The notes under the pieces were generated by a model, which saw nothing but the letters and a program-made list of their open reading frames with translations, was not told where the DNA came from and did not search any database. From Pseudomonadota bacterium (GTDB lineage Bacteria; Pseudomonadota; Gammaproteobacteria; Ga0077536), in NCBI GenBank assembly GCA_016719885.1, contig JADJYF010000008.1, positions 162,200 to 226,199 of the forward strand: 64,000 bases of DNA. The letters are read 5' to 3'. This document shows, piece by piece, positions 23,901 to 31,823 of the stretch. The first letter of the stretch is position 1. Each line of letters opens with the position of its first letter. Both the position numbers and the translations under genes were made by a program.

Positions 23901-25633
23901 ACAAGGCGCCCAGCGCCAGGCTGGCAGTCATTCTGCGGCAAGGCAAACACGAGCAGCGCGCTGCCGAAGGTGACGTGTTTGGGCTCTCCGACCACGGTCG
24001 CCGCCACGCCGCCCGTACCGCTGCCGATGGCAACGTACTGGCGGCCGTCGATGCGGTAGGTGATGGGCTGACTGCGTATGCCCGAACCGGTCTGGAACTT
24101 CCACAGCACCTTGCCGCTGTCCTCGTCCAGCGCCAGCGCATAGCCCTGCTGGTTGCCGGTGAAGATCACGCCGCCGGCGGTGGCGAGCGCGCCGCCGATC
24201 ATCGGGTGCTGGTCCCGATAACGCCATTTGATCTTGCCGCTCGCCGGGTCGATGGCGGTCAGGTGGCCGTAGGCCTTGCCGAGCGTCGCGAAGGAGTCGC
24301 CGAGCGAGCCGCCGAAATTCGGATCGCCGGGATGCATGCCGGCTTCTTCCTTGGCCAGCGACATGCAGCTCTCGATGACCGGCACGTAGAGATGCTTCGT
24401 GGTCGGGCTGTAGGCATAGGTGGTCGAGCCATTGTTGCCGCCAATCGGGCCCGGGCACACCATTTCTTTCAAACCATCCACGGTCGGCACGAATTTCGGA
24501 TCGACCGTCGGGCGGCCGTTGGCATCGAGGCCCTTCGACCAGTTCAGGTTTTCGATGTACTGGGTGCCGCGCAGGAACTTGCCGGTGGCGGCATCGAGCA
24601 GGTACACGTAGCCGTTGCGATTGGCCTGGGTCACGGCGCGCAGCTTCTTGCCGTCCTGTTCGACGTCGACCAGCATCACGCCGTTGGTGGCATCGTAGTC
24701 CCACACGTCGTGGGGCGTGGCCTGGAAATGCCAACGGATCTCGCCGCTGTCGGCGTCGAGCGCCAGCACCGAATCGCTGTAGAGATTGTCACCCTTGCGC
24801 GCATCGCCGTTGAACAGCGGCGCCGGATTGCCGGTCGACCAGTAGAGCGTATTGCTCGCGCCGTCGTAGGCGCCGGTCATCCACGCCGGCGCACCGCCGC
24901 CCTTCCAGCTTTCACCGGCCCAGCTCTCGACATTCTTCTCGCCCGCCGCCGGCACGGTGTAACGCCGCCAGCGCTCCTTGCCGGTCTCGAGATCGTAGGC
25001 CGCGATGAAACCGCGCGTCGCGAATTCACCGCCGCCGTTGCCGACGACCAGCATGTCCTTCACCACCAGCGGCGCGCTGGTGGCGCTGAAGCCGAGCTTG
25101 TAGTCCGCCATCGCGACGTTCCACAACACTTTGCCGGTGGTGCGCTCGAGCGCCACGAGGTGCGCGTCGAGCGTGGCCATGAAGATCTTGTTGCCGGCGA
25201 TCGCGACGCCGCGATTGGCCGGTCCGCAGCACAGGCGCAGGTCGCCGGGCATTTGATGTTCGTAATGCCATTTGACGTCGCCGCTGACGGCGTCGAGCCC
25301 GTAGAGATTGTTGTGCGCGGCGGTGAAGAACAGCATGCCGTCGGCCACCACCGGCGAGCCGGCCACCTGGCCCTGAACGCCGGTCTGGAACATCCACACC
25401 GGCGCCAGCTTCGCGACGTTGTCGCGCTTGATGTCGGCCAGCGGGCTGTAGCGCCAGTTGGCATAGCTGCCGCCATAGGTCAGCCAGTCGGCGCCCGCGT
25501 CGACGCTGGTATTGCCGGCCGCGAGGCGCGCCTGCGTCACCGGCGGCGGGTCGGCGGCCAGCGTGACAGCGGCGTTCAGGAGCGCGGCGGTGGTGACGAC
25601 ACGGCGAAGCGTGACGCGCAGACTTTCGATCAT
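23894..25633 (-). CDS. PQQ-dependent alcohol dehydrogenase (methanol/ethanol family), lanthanide-type active-site signature
   Basis: Signal peptide; DWLTYGG..RYSPL; vicinal CCGP disulfide motif; W-repeat propeller blades; PHDVWDYDA (D-Y-D). Confidence 0.88.
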   Translation of the reverse strand: MIESLRVTLRRVVTTAALLNAAVTLAADPPPVTQARLAAGNTSVDAGADWLTYGGSYANWRYSPLADIKRDNVAKLAPVWMFQTGVQGQVAGSPVVADGMLFFTAAHNNLYGLDAVSGDVKWHYEHQMPGDLRLCCGPANRGVAIAGNKIFMATLDAHLVALERTTGKVLWNVAMADYKLGFSATSAPLVVKDMLVVGNGGGEFATRGFIAAYDLETGKERWRRYTVPAAGEKNVESWAGESWKGGGAPAWMTGAYDGASNTLYWSTGNPAPLFNGDARKGDNLYSDSVLALDADSGEIRWHFQATPHDVWDYDATNGVMLVDVEQDGKKLRAVTQANRNGYVYLLDAATGKFLRGTQYIENLNWSKGLDANGRPTVDPKFVPTVDGLKEMVCPGPIGGNNGSTTYAYSPTTKHLYVPVIESCMSLAKEEAGMHPGDPNFGGSLGDSFATLGKAYGHLTAIDPASGKIKWRYRDQHPMIGGALATAGGVIFTGNQQGYALALDEDSGKVLWKFQTGSGIRSQPITYRIDGRQYVAIGSGTGGVAATVVGEPKHVTFGSALLVFALPQNDCQPGAGRLVR

Positions 25634-25909
25634 GGCTGGCCATCCGGAAATAAAAGGAGTCGGCAGTGTGCCAGCGACCTCGGCCGCTGCGAAGGGTTTG
25701 ACGTCACCTCACCTTCAAGGTGGGAAGCGCGGGCCGCGGCGAAGTGCGACGACGCGCCGATCTGCGGTATGGTGGCCGGGCGCGGACAACCGCGTCGCGC
25801 GCTTGTGGTCGCCACGAACGGGCTGGGTCAATGCGTTACGCAGCCCGACGCCGGCATCGATTGCGCAACCGTGGGCGCCGCTGTCATCGCAATCCGGAGA
25901 AAAAACGCC

Positions 25910-26386
25910 ATGAACAAAGCTTCCATCATCGTCGTCGTCGGCCTCGCCGGCCTGCTCAGTGCCTGTGGCCAGGGCGACAGCGCGCCCAAGACCAATGCCG
26001 CCGCGCCGGCACCGGCCGCCACACCGGCCGAACCGGCCACGCCCACCACCCCGCCGGTAGCCGCGGAACCCGTGGCCGGCACGCCCACCCCGGCGGCGCC
26101 CGGCGCGGTCGCCGACGCGGCGCCGGCCGGCGACGAAGCGGGCAAGGGCGTGTACAACAAGACCTGCGCGCTGTGCCATGCCGCCGGTGTGGCGGGCGCG
26201 CCCATGCCGGGCAACAAGGAACAGTGGGCGCCGCGCATCGCGCAGGGCAAGGACACCCTCTACAAGCACGCGCTGGAAGGCTACACCGGGCAGGCCGGCA
26301 TGATGCCGCCGCGTGGCGGCAACACCGCGCTGACCGACGACGAGGTCAAGGCCGCGGTCGATTACATGGTCGGCAAGTCGAGCTGA
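25910..26386 (+). CDS. Lipoprotein c-type cytochrome (c5-like) with Ala/Pro-rich tether
   Basis: Lipobox LLSAC; ~70-aa A/P/T linker; haem motif CALCH; distal Met region GMMPPRGG. Confidence 0.85.
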   Translation: MNKASIIVVVGLAGLLSACGQGDSAPKTNAAAPAPAATPAEPATPTTPPVAAEPVAGTPTPAAPGAVADAAPAGDEAGKGVYNKTCALCHAAGVAGAPMPGNKEQWAPRIAQGKDTLYKHALEGYTGQAGMMPPRGGNTALTDDEVKAAVDYMVGKSS

Positions 26387-26563
26387 AAGCGGCCCGCGGC
26401 TGCTTGAGGTCTGTCGAAATCCGCAGTTCAATCGGGCGTGCGTGCCGCGGCGTGACATTCACGCGCGCCCGGCACGCATGTCCGCTTGGTGCCGGAGCGA
26501 CGGGCTCGGGCGCGAGCCCAGGCGCTCGCGATTCATCCGGCCAGCCTGTAACCAAAGGCTGCC

Positions 26564-27136
26564 ATGGAACGAACCATGGACAATGAATCGGCCCATCCCC
26601 AGGAACAGCGACTGCGCGCGCAACTGCTCGCCGGACTGGCCGGCGATGGCGCCGCCTACCATGGATTTCTGAAGGACATGACCGCGCACCTGCGCGCCTA
26701 TTTCCGGCGCCGGCTCAACGGGCTGCCGGACGAAGTCGAAGACCTGCTGCAGGAGACCTTGCTGGCCCTGCACAACCAAAGACACACCTACGATGCCGCG
26801 CAGCCCTTGACCGCCTGGGTGCACGCCATCGCCAAGTACAAGCTCATCGACATGCTGCGCCGCCGCTCCCATCGCGAACAACTGCACGAGCCGCTGGATG
26901 AGCACGGCGAACTTTTCGCCAACGCCGACCTGGACGCGGCCGAGGCGCGCCGCGACCTCGCCTTGTATCTCGATCGGCTGCCGCGCCAGCAGCGGCTGCC
27001 CATCATCCACATGAAGCTCAAGGGTCTGTCGGTGGCCGAGGCGGCGGCCGCCACCGGCATGTCGGAATCGGCGGTCAAGGTCGGCGTACATCGCGGCCTG
27101 AAAGCACTGGCCGCCCTGTTCGGAGCGCAAACGTGA
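26564..27136 (+). CDS. ECF-type RNA polymerase sigma factor
   Basis: Region-2 (DLLQETLLALHNQRHTYD...WVHAIAKYKLID) and region-4 HTH (LSVAEAAAATGMSESAVKVGVHRG). Confidence 0.88.
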   Translation: MERTMDNESAHPQEQRLRAQLLAGLAGDGAAYHGFLKDMTAHLRAYFRRRLNGLPDEVEDLLQETLLALHNQRHTYDAAQPLTAWVHAIAKYKLIDMLRRRSHREQLHEPLDEHGELFANADLDAAEARRDLALYLDRLPRQQRLPIIHMKLKGLSVAEAAAATGMSESAVKVGVHRGLKALAALFGAQT

Positions 27137-27774
27137 AAACCGACGAACTGGTGAACATGCTGGCGAGCGGCAACGTCGGCGTCGAGCCCCACGCGGTCGA
27201 ACGCCGCTTCGTGCTGGGCCTGGGGCTGGGCAGCGCCGCCAGCGTGGCGCTGATGGTGGCGACCCTCGGCGTGCGGCCCGACCTGCTCGAAGCCACGCGC
27301 CTGCCGATGTTCTGGTTCAAATGCCTGTTCGCCGCCAGCCTGGCGCTGGCGAGCCTGGTGATGGTCGCGCGCCTGTCGCGGCCGGGCATGCCCTTAGGCC
27401 GCGCGCCGACGGCCACGCTGAGTCCCTTGCTGGTGGTGTGGTTGCTGGGCGCGTTGACGCTGCTCGTCGCCGCGCCCGAGCAACGCGTGGCGCTGCTGTT
27501 CGGCGCCACCTGGACGGTCTGTCCGCTGCTCATCGCGATGCTTGCCCTGCCCTTGCTGGCCGGCGCGTTGTGGGCGGTGTCGGGGCTCGCGCCGGTCAAC
27601 CTGCGCCTGGCCGGCGCCGCCAGTGGTCTACTGGCCGGCGCGCTGGCGACGCTGGTCTATTGCGTGCACTGCCCGGAGATGGCGCCGCCTTTCATCGCCG
27701 TGTGGTACGCGCTCGGCATCGCCATGCCGACAGTGCTGGGCGTGGTAATCGGGCCGCGCGTGCTGCGTTGGTGA
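27133..27774 (+). CDS. nrsF: NrsF-family (DUF1109) membrane anti-sigma factor
   Basis: GTG start overlapping sigma stop; MKTDELVNMLASG N-terminus followed by six hydrophobic segments, as in NrsF proteins. Confidence 0.7.
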   Translation: MKTDELVNMLASGNVGVEPHAVERRFVLGLGLGSAASVALMVATLGVRPDLLEATRLPMFWFKCLFAASLALASLVMVARLSRPGMPLGRAPTATLSPLLVVWLLGALTLLVAAPEQRVALLFGATWTVCPLLIAMLALPLLAGALWAVSGLAPVNLRLAGAASGLLAGALATLVYCVHCPEMAPPFIAVWYALGIAMPTVLGVVIGPRVLRW

Positions 27775-27837
27775 TGGCATGCCTGCGAATTCTTTCACGA
27801 TGTCAGACGAACCACAGCCGTCACCCCCCCGCCCGGG

Positions 27838-27895
27838 GGTGGGTCAGGCTTCAGCCTGACACCGCGACTGATGTGCGAATGAATTCGCACCTACA
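27838..27895. repeat. REP-A (27838-27860) followed by REP-B (27871-27895)
   Basis: GTGGGTCAGGCTTCAGCCTGAC and ATGTGCGAATGAATTCGCACCTACA read directly. Confidence 0.9.
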
Positions 27896-27919
27896 GGCCG
27901 GCGCATCGATGCAACGCTC

Positions 27920-28210
27920 CTACTTCGCGAACTGCACCTCGTAGTTGACATGCGTCGGCGGTGTGCCCTGCGGGGTCTTGCTCACGATCTCGTAGGAGTT
28001 GTAGCCATGGTGGGTGCGGTAGAACTCGATCTCCTTGCGCGCCCGTTCGTCGGTCGTCTGGCCGGCCAGGCTGCCTGCCACTTCTATCTTGAAAGAGAAA
28101 CGATCGGGATTGGCGGCGAGATTGGCCGGCGGCGGACCATCGCCCACCTGCGCGCAGCCCGCCACCATGCCGAGCACCAAGAGCGCCACGCCCATCCATC
28201 TGCCAGCCAT
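27920..28210 (-). CDS. Small lipoprotein of unknown function, immediately downstream of nosL
   Basis: 96 aa; lipobox MVAGC; GAGGAA SD before ATG 28210; same strand as the nos genes. Confidence 0.55.
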   Translation of the reverse strand: MAGRWMGVALLVLGMVAGCAQVGDGPPPANLAANPDRFSFKIEVAGSLAGQTTDERARKEIEFYRTHHGYNSYEIVSKTPQGTPPTHVNYEVQFAK

Positions 28211-28271
28211 GCCTGATTCCTCGATTCGTTGAGCTTGCGCGCCAGCATAAGCCAATTCGCGCAAGCGCGGA

Positions 28272-28787
28272 TTACATGTGGGTATCGTGCAGGGCGCCGC
28301 CGTCCAGCACCGCCATGTCGGCGGTGATGCCGCTGAAGGGATAGACCTTGCCACCGAATTCGCCGGCGAATTTCTCGGCGTCGCCCTGGCGGGCGAAGGA
28401 CGCGATGGTCGGTCCCATGGAACCGCGGCGCTTGCTGCCCACCACGTAGAAGGCCTGCTTGGCGTCTATCCAGTGGCCCTTGGGTTCATCCCAGTCGGCC
28501 GCGCCCATGTCCTGCACGTAGAGCGCGCGCACGGCACGCACCTGCTCGGGATTGAGATACAGGTGGAACATCTCGACCGTGTCGCAGAAGAAGTCCGGCG
28601 CATCCTGGCCGGCGTACTGCATCTGCGCCTTGGGGCCGGGGAAATCGGCGAGCAACATGCCGTCCAGCGCGCAGCTGGTGCCGGCCTCGGTGTCGACCGC
28701 CGCCTGGGTGCTCGACGGCGTCGACTCGCCGCAGGCGCCGAGCGCAAGCGCGGCCAGCAGCAGGCCGTGACGGGCGAACTTGTTCAT
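28272..28787 (-). CDS. nosL: NosL copper-chaperone lipoprotein
   Basis: Lipobox LALGAC; position after nosY; 4-nt overlap with nosY stop. Confidence 0.8.
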   Translation of the reverse strand: MNKFARHGLLLAALALGACGESTPSSTQAAVDTEAGTSCALDGMLLADFPGPKAQMQYAGQDAPDFFCDTVEMFHLYLNPEQVRAVRALYVQDMGAADWDEPKGHWIDAKQAFYVVGSKRRGSMGPTIASFARQGDAEKFAGEFGGKVYPFSGITADMAVLDGGALHDTHM

Positions 28788-29614
28788 CGACGAAACCTCC
28801 ACGCGGCAATACTCAAGGGCAGCACGCTCCACGCCAGCAGCACCGCGCACAACAAGCCAGGATGGGCGAGCTGGCGCGGAAACACCGTGGCCAGGCCGTA
28901 CAGCGCGCCGACTTCATCGAGACTGGCGATGTTCAGCACGCGGAACACGTCGGCCGGATTGAGCAGCAACAGCCACGCGAACCAGTCGCCGCCCGTACCG
29001 CCGCTGCCCACCACCAGCACGCCCAGCAGGATCAAATCGAACATCAGCACGAAGAAGAACCACAGCGCGATGGCGAGCCCCGAGGCGCGCGTGCGATCGC
29101 TGGCGAACACCGACACGCTGACGGCCAGGCTCAGGAATGCGAGTCCCAGCAGCACCGAGCTCGCCATGAACAGGCCGAAGTGGGCAAGGCCGTTGAGATC
29201 GAGATGGCTGGCCAACACCACCGCCACCAGGCCGAAACCCGCCACCGTCGAAAACGCCAGCGCGGCGGCGAGGCCGAGATACTTGCCGAGCAACAGTTCG
29301 AAGCGCGTGATCGGCATCGACAGCAAGAGGTCGAGTGAACCGCGCTCACGCTCGCCGACGATGGCATCGAAACCCAGCACCAGCGCGATGAGCGGGATGA
29401 GATAGATGACCAGGCTGACCAGGCTCGCGATGGTGAATTCCATCGATCGAAAGCCGACCATGCCCTGCTGCGCGCCGCCGAAATAGGCGATGACCAGCGC
29501 AAACACCGTGAACACCAGCGCGATGGCCAGCACCCACAGGCTGCGGATGCGATCCCAGAATTCCTTGCCGGCGATGGTCGCCACCTGGCGACGTTGCAAT
29601 TGCAGAATGCTCAT
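28784..29614 (-). CDS. nosY: NosY ABC-2 type permease
   Basis: 276 aa, six hydrophobic segments; MSILQLQRRQVATIAGKEFWDRIRS N-terminus; ATGA overlap with nosF. Confidence 0.85.
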   Translation of the reverse strand: MSILQLQRRQVATIAGKEFWDRIRSLWVLAIALVFTVFALVIAYFGGAQQGMVGFRSMEFTIASLVSLVIYLIPLIALVLGFDAIVGERERGSLDLLLSMPITRFELLLGKYLGLAAALAFSTVAGFGLVAVVLASHLDLNGLAHFGLFMASSVLLGLAFLSLAVSVSVFASDRTRASGLAIALWFFFVLMFDLILLGVLVVGSGGTGGDWFAWLLLLNPADVFRVLNIASLDEVGALYGLATVFPRQLAHPGLLCAVLLAWSVLPLSIAAWRFRR

Positions 29615-30573
29615 GACGACAGTCCGAAAAAAAGATCTTCCAGCGACGCTTCCCTGACCTGGAAGTCGCGCAAACGCGCGGCCAGGCCGCCTACGGCTTG
29701 CAGCACGGCGAGCTTGTGCTGGCGCGCACAGGCGATGCGCAAGCCGGCGCCGACCTCGTGCACCGTGGCCGGCAAGGACGCCAGCGCCGCGCGCAGCGCC
29801 GGTACGACGGCGGCCTCGCAGTCGATGTCGAACCACAGCGGCAAATCCGCCTGGCCGCGCAATTCGCCGAGCGCGCCGACCGCACGCACGCGACCGGCGG
29901 CGATGATCGCGAGGCGGTCCACACGCTGCTGGATCTCGGCGAGGATGTGCGAGGTCAGCACGATGGTCACGCCGTCGGCGCGGAGTTCGGCGAGGATCGC
30001 GTAGAACTCGCGTATGCCGTCCGGATCGAGACCATTGGTCGGCTCGTCGAGGAACAACAGACGCGGTTGGCCCAGCAGCGCCTGGGCAAAGCCCAGCCGC
30101 TGACGCATGCCCTTGGAATATTCGCGGATGCGGCGCGTGGCGGCGGCGCCGAGTCCGACCCGCTCCAGCAGCGCGCGATGCCCGGACGGGCCGATGCCCT
30201 TAAGCCTGGCAAAGAAGTGCAAGGTCTCGAGCGCGTTCAAGTTGTCGTAGAACACCACGTTCTCCGGCAGGTAGCCGATGCGACGTCGCACTTCGCGGAA
30301 GTCGACACCGTCCACCGCCACGCCGTCGATGCGAATCGTGCCGCTGCTCGGCGCGATCAAACCCATCATCATCTTGAACAGGGTCGACTTGCCGGCGCCG
30401 TTGTGGCCGATGAGGCCGAACACTTCGCCGGGCACGATATCGAGCGTGACGCCGTCCAGCGCGTGCACCGCGCCGTAATGTTTGCTGGCGTCGCGCACCT
30501 CGACCAGCGCGCGCGGCACGGCGCGGTCAGCGGCTGCCGGGGTAGGTTCTGCCAAGCCAGTCTCTCCAGTCAC
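29611..30573 (-). CDS. nosF: NosF ABC ATPase
   Basis: Walker A GHNGAGKST, signature YSKGMRQRLGFA, Walker B LLFLDEP. The annotated start overlaps nosD by 47 nt, so the true start may be later. Confidence 0.88.
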   Translation of the reverse strand: MTGETGLAEPTPAAADRAVPRALVEVRDASKHYGAVHALDGVTLDIVPGEVFGLIGHNGAGKSTLFKMMMGLIAPSSGTIRIDGVAVDGVDFREVRRRIGYLPENVVFYDNLNALETLHFFARLKGIGPSGHRALLERVGLGAAATRRIREYSKGMRQRLGFAQALLGQPRLLFLDEPTNGLDPDGIREFYAILAELRADGVTIVLTSHILAEIQQRVDRLAIIAAGRVRAVGALGELRGQADLPLWFDIDCEAAVVPALRAALASLPATVHEVGAGLRIACARQHKLAVLQAVGGLAARLRDFQVREASLEDLFFGLSS

Positions 30574-31816
30574 GGTGGTTCGGTTGCATGCGCGGATGGG
30601 CGTCGACCACGCTCGGTGCGCGCAGGATCGGAAACTGTCGGCCGACCAGGCGCAAGGTCTGGATGGCGGGACTCGCCAGTAGCAGCTGCACGGTCGGGTA
30701 GCGCCAGCTCAAACGATCGACCAGGTCGTTGGCCTCGTAGGGCACGTCGCCGCGGCCGTCGCCATCGCGATCCCAGCCGAGATAATTGCTCCAGAAATTG
30801 CCGAGTTTGCCGCCCCATGGCTCATCGCGCGCGCCGACATAACGCACCTGGTCGCGATTGGCGATGAAGTCGTTGCCCTCGACGGTGTTGTTCTTCGAGC
30901 CCGCCCACAGCCGCACGCCGATCAGGTTGTCGACCACCAGGTTGTGGCGCAGGGTGTTGTACTCGGCGTCGTAGACGAACAGGCCTTGCACGTTGCCGGC
31001 GACGACGTTGTTCTCCACCACCGCGTCCTGGATGGTGCGCAGCATGATGCCATGGTCGGAATTGGCCCACGCGCGGTTGTTGCGCACCACCTGGTCACGC
31101 ACCTCCATCAGGGCCAGCCCGCCGCGGTTCATCCAGCTGTCGTTGCCTTCCCACAGGTTACGGTAGGAATTCATGTAGTGGGTGCCGTAGCGGCTGTGAT
31201 GCAGGCGATTGTTCTGGAACAGCGCGTCGTGCGACACATCGACATAGATGGCGTCGCGCACGAACGAGATGTGATTGCCGATGATGCGCGCATGCTGGGC
31301 ATTGTAGAGCTGGATGCCGTTGCCGCGTTGTGAACTGCGGTAGTCGCGCTTGCCGGTGATGTTGTTGTTTTCGATGGTGGCGTGGTCGGCCTTTTCTATC
31401 CACAGGCCGAACAGGTTGTAGCTCAACACGCAGTCGCGCACCGTGGCGTGATGGGCGCCGGGCTTCAAGTAGATGCCGGCGTTCTGCTCGCGCAGGCTGT
31501 CGCCGGAATCGCGCACGTCGAGACCTTCGAGCGTGACGTGCTCGGCGAACACGGCGATGGTATTGCCCTTGAGACCACCGTCGATGACCGGGCGACCGAT
31601 GCCGCGCAGCGTGAGGGGCTTGCCGAGCTCGAGATTCTCGCGGTAGTGACCGCGCGCGATCTCGAGCGTGTCGCCGGCCGCCGCCGCGTCGATGGCGCTT
31701 TGTATGGCGCTGCCCGGCGCGACCTGCCAGGTGCGCGCCGCGCTGGCAACGCTCACCAGCATCAGGCAGCCGGCGGCCAGAGCGCGCCCGCGCCCGCGGA
31801 CCACCATCACCGGCAC
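30527..31816 (-). CDS. nosD: NosD periplasmic beta-helix (copper-binding) protein
   Basis: Signal peptide; repeated N-x-I/V-x-G-N parallel beta-helix turns; position between nosR and nosF. Confidence 0.88.
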   Translation of the reverse strand: MPVMVVRGRGRALAAGCLMLVSVASAARTWQVAPGSAIQSAIDAAAAGDTLEIARGHYRENLELGKPLTLRGIGRPVIDGGLKGNTIAVFAEHVTLEGLDVRDSGDSLREQNAGIYLKPGAHHATVRDCVLSYNLFGLWIEKADHATIENNNITGKRDYRSSQRGNGIQLYNAQHARIIGNHISFVRDAIYVDVSHDALFQNNRLHHSRYGTHYMNSYRNLWEGNDSWMNRGGLALMEVRDQVVRNNRAWANSDHGIMLRTIQDAVVENNVVAGNVQGLFVYDAEYNTLRHNLVVDNLIGVRLWAGSKNNTVEGNDFIANRDQVRYVGARDEPWGGKLGNFWSNYLGWDRDGDGRGDVPYEANDLVDRLSWRYPTVQLLLASPAIQTLRLVGRQFPILRAPSVVDAHPRMQPNHRDWRDWLGRTYPGSR

Positions 31817-31823
31817 GCGTGGT

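Noticed and set aside
22859-26386. The 1175-aa + strand ORF spanning the AMP-ligase and PQQ-dehydrogenase loci.
   Set aside because: The composition is Arg/Gly/His-rich shadow sequence antisense to two well-supported minus-strand genes. Only the last 158 codons (the cytochrome c, from ATG 25910) look like real protein.
26387-26405. Stem-loop AAGCGGCC-CGC-GGCTGCTT just after the cytochrome c stop, as a possible terminator.
   Set aside because: The stem needs a G-U pair, the loop is only 3 nt, and there is no U-tract. It is not convincing enough to list as a feature.
30527-30573. A 47-nt overlap between nosD and nosF, which might suggest programmed frameshifting or a fusion.
   Set aside because: A later nosF start is the simpler explanation, since the conserved ATPase core begins about 25 codons downstream.
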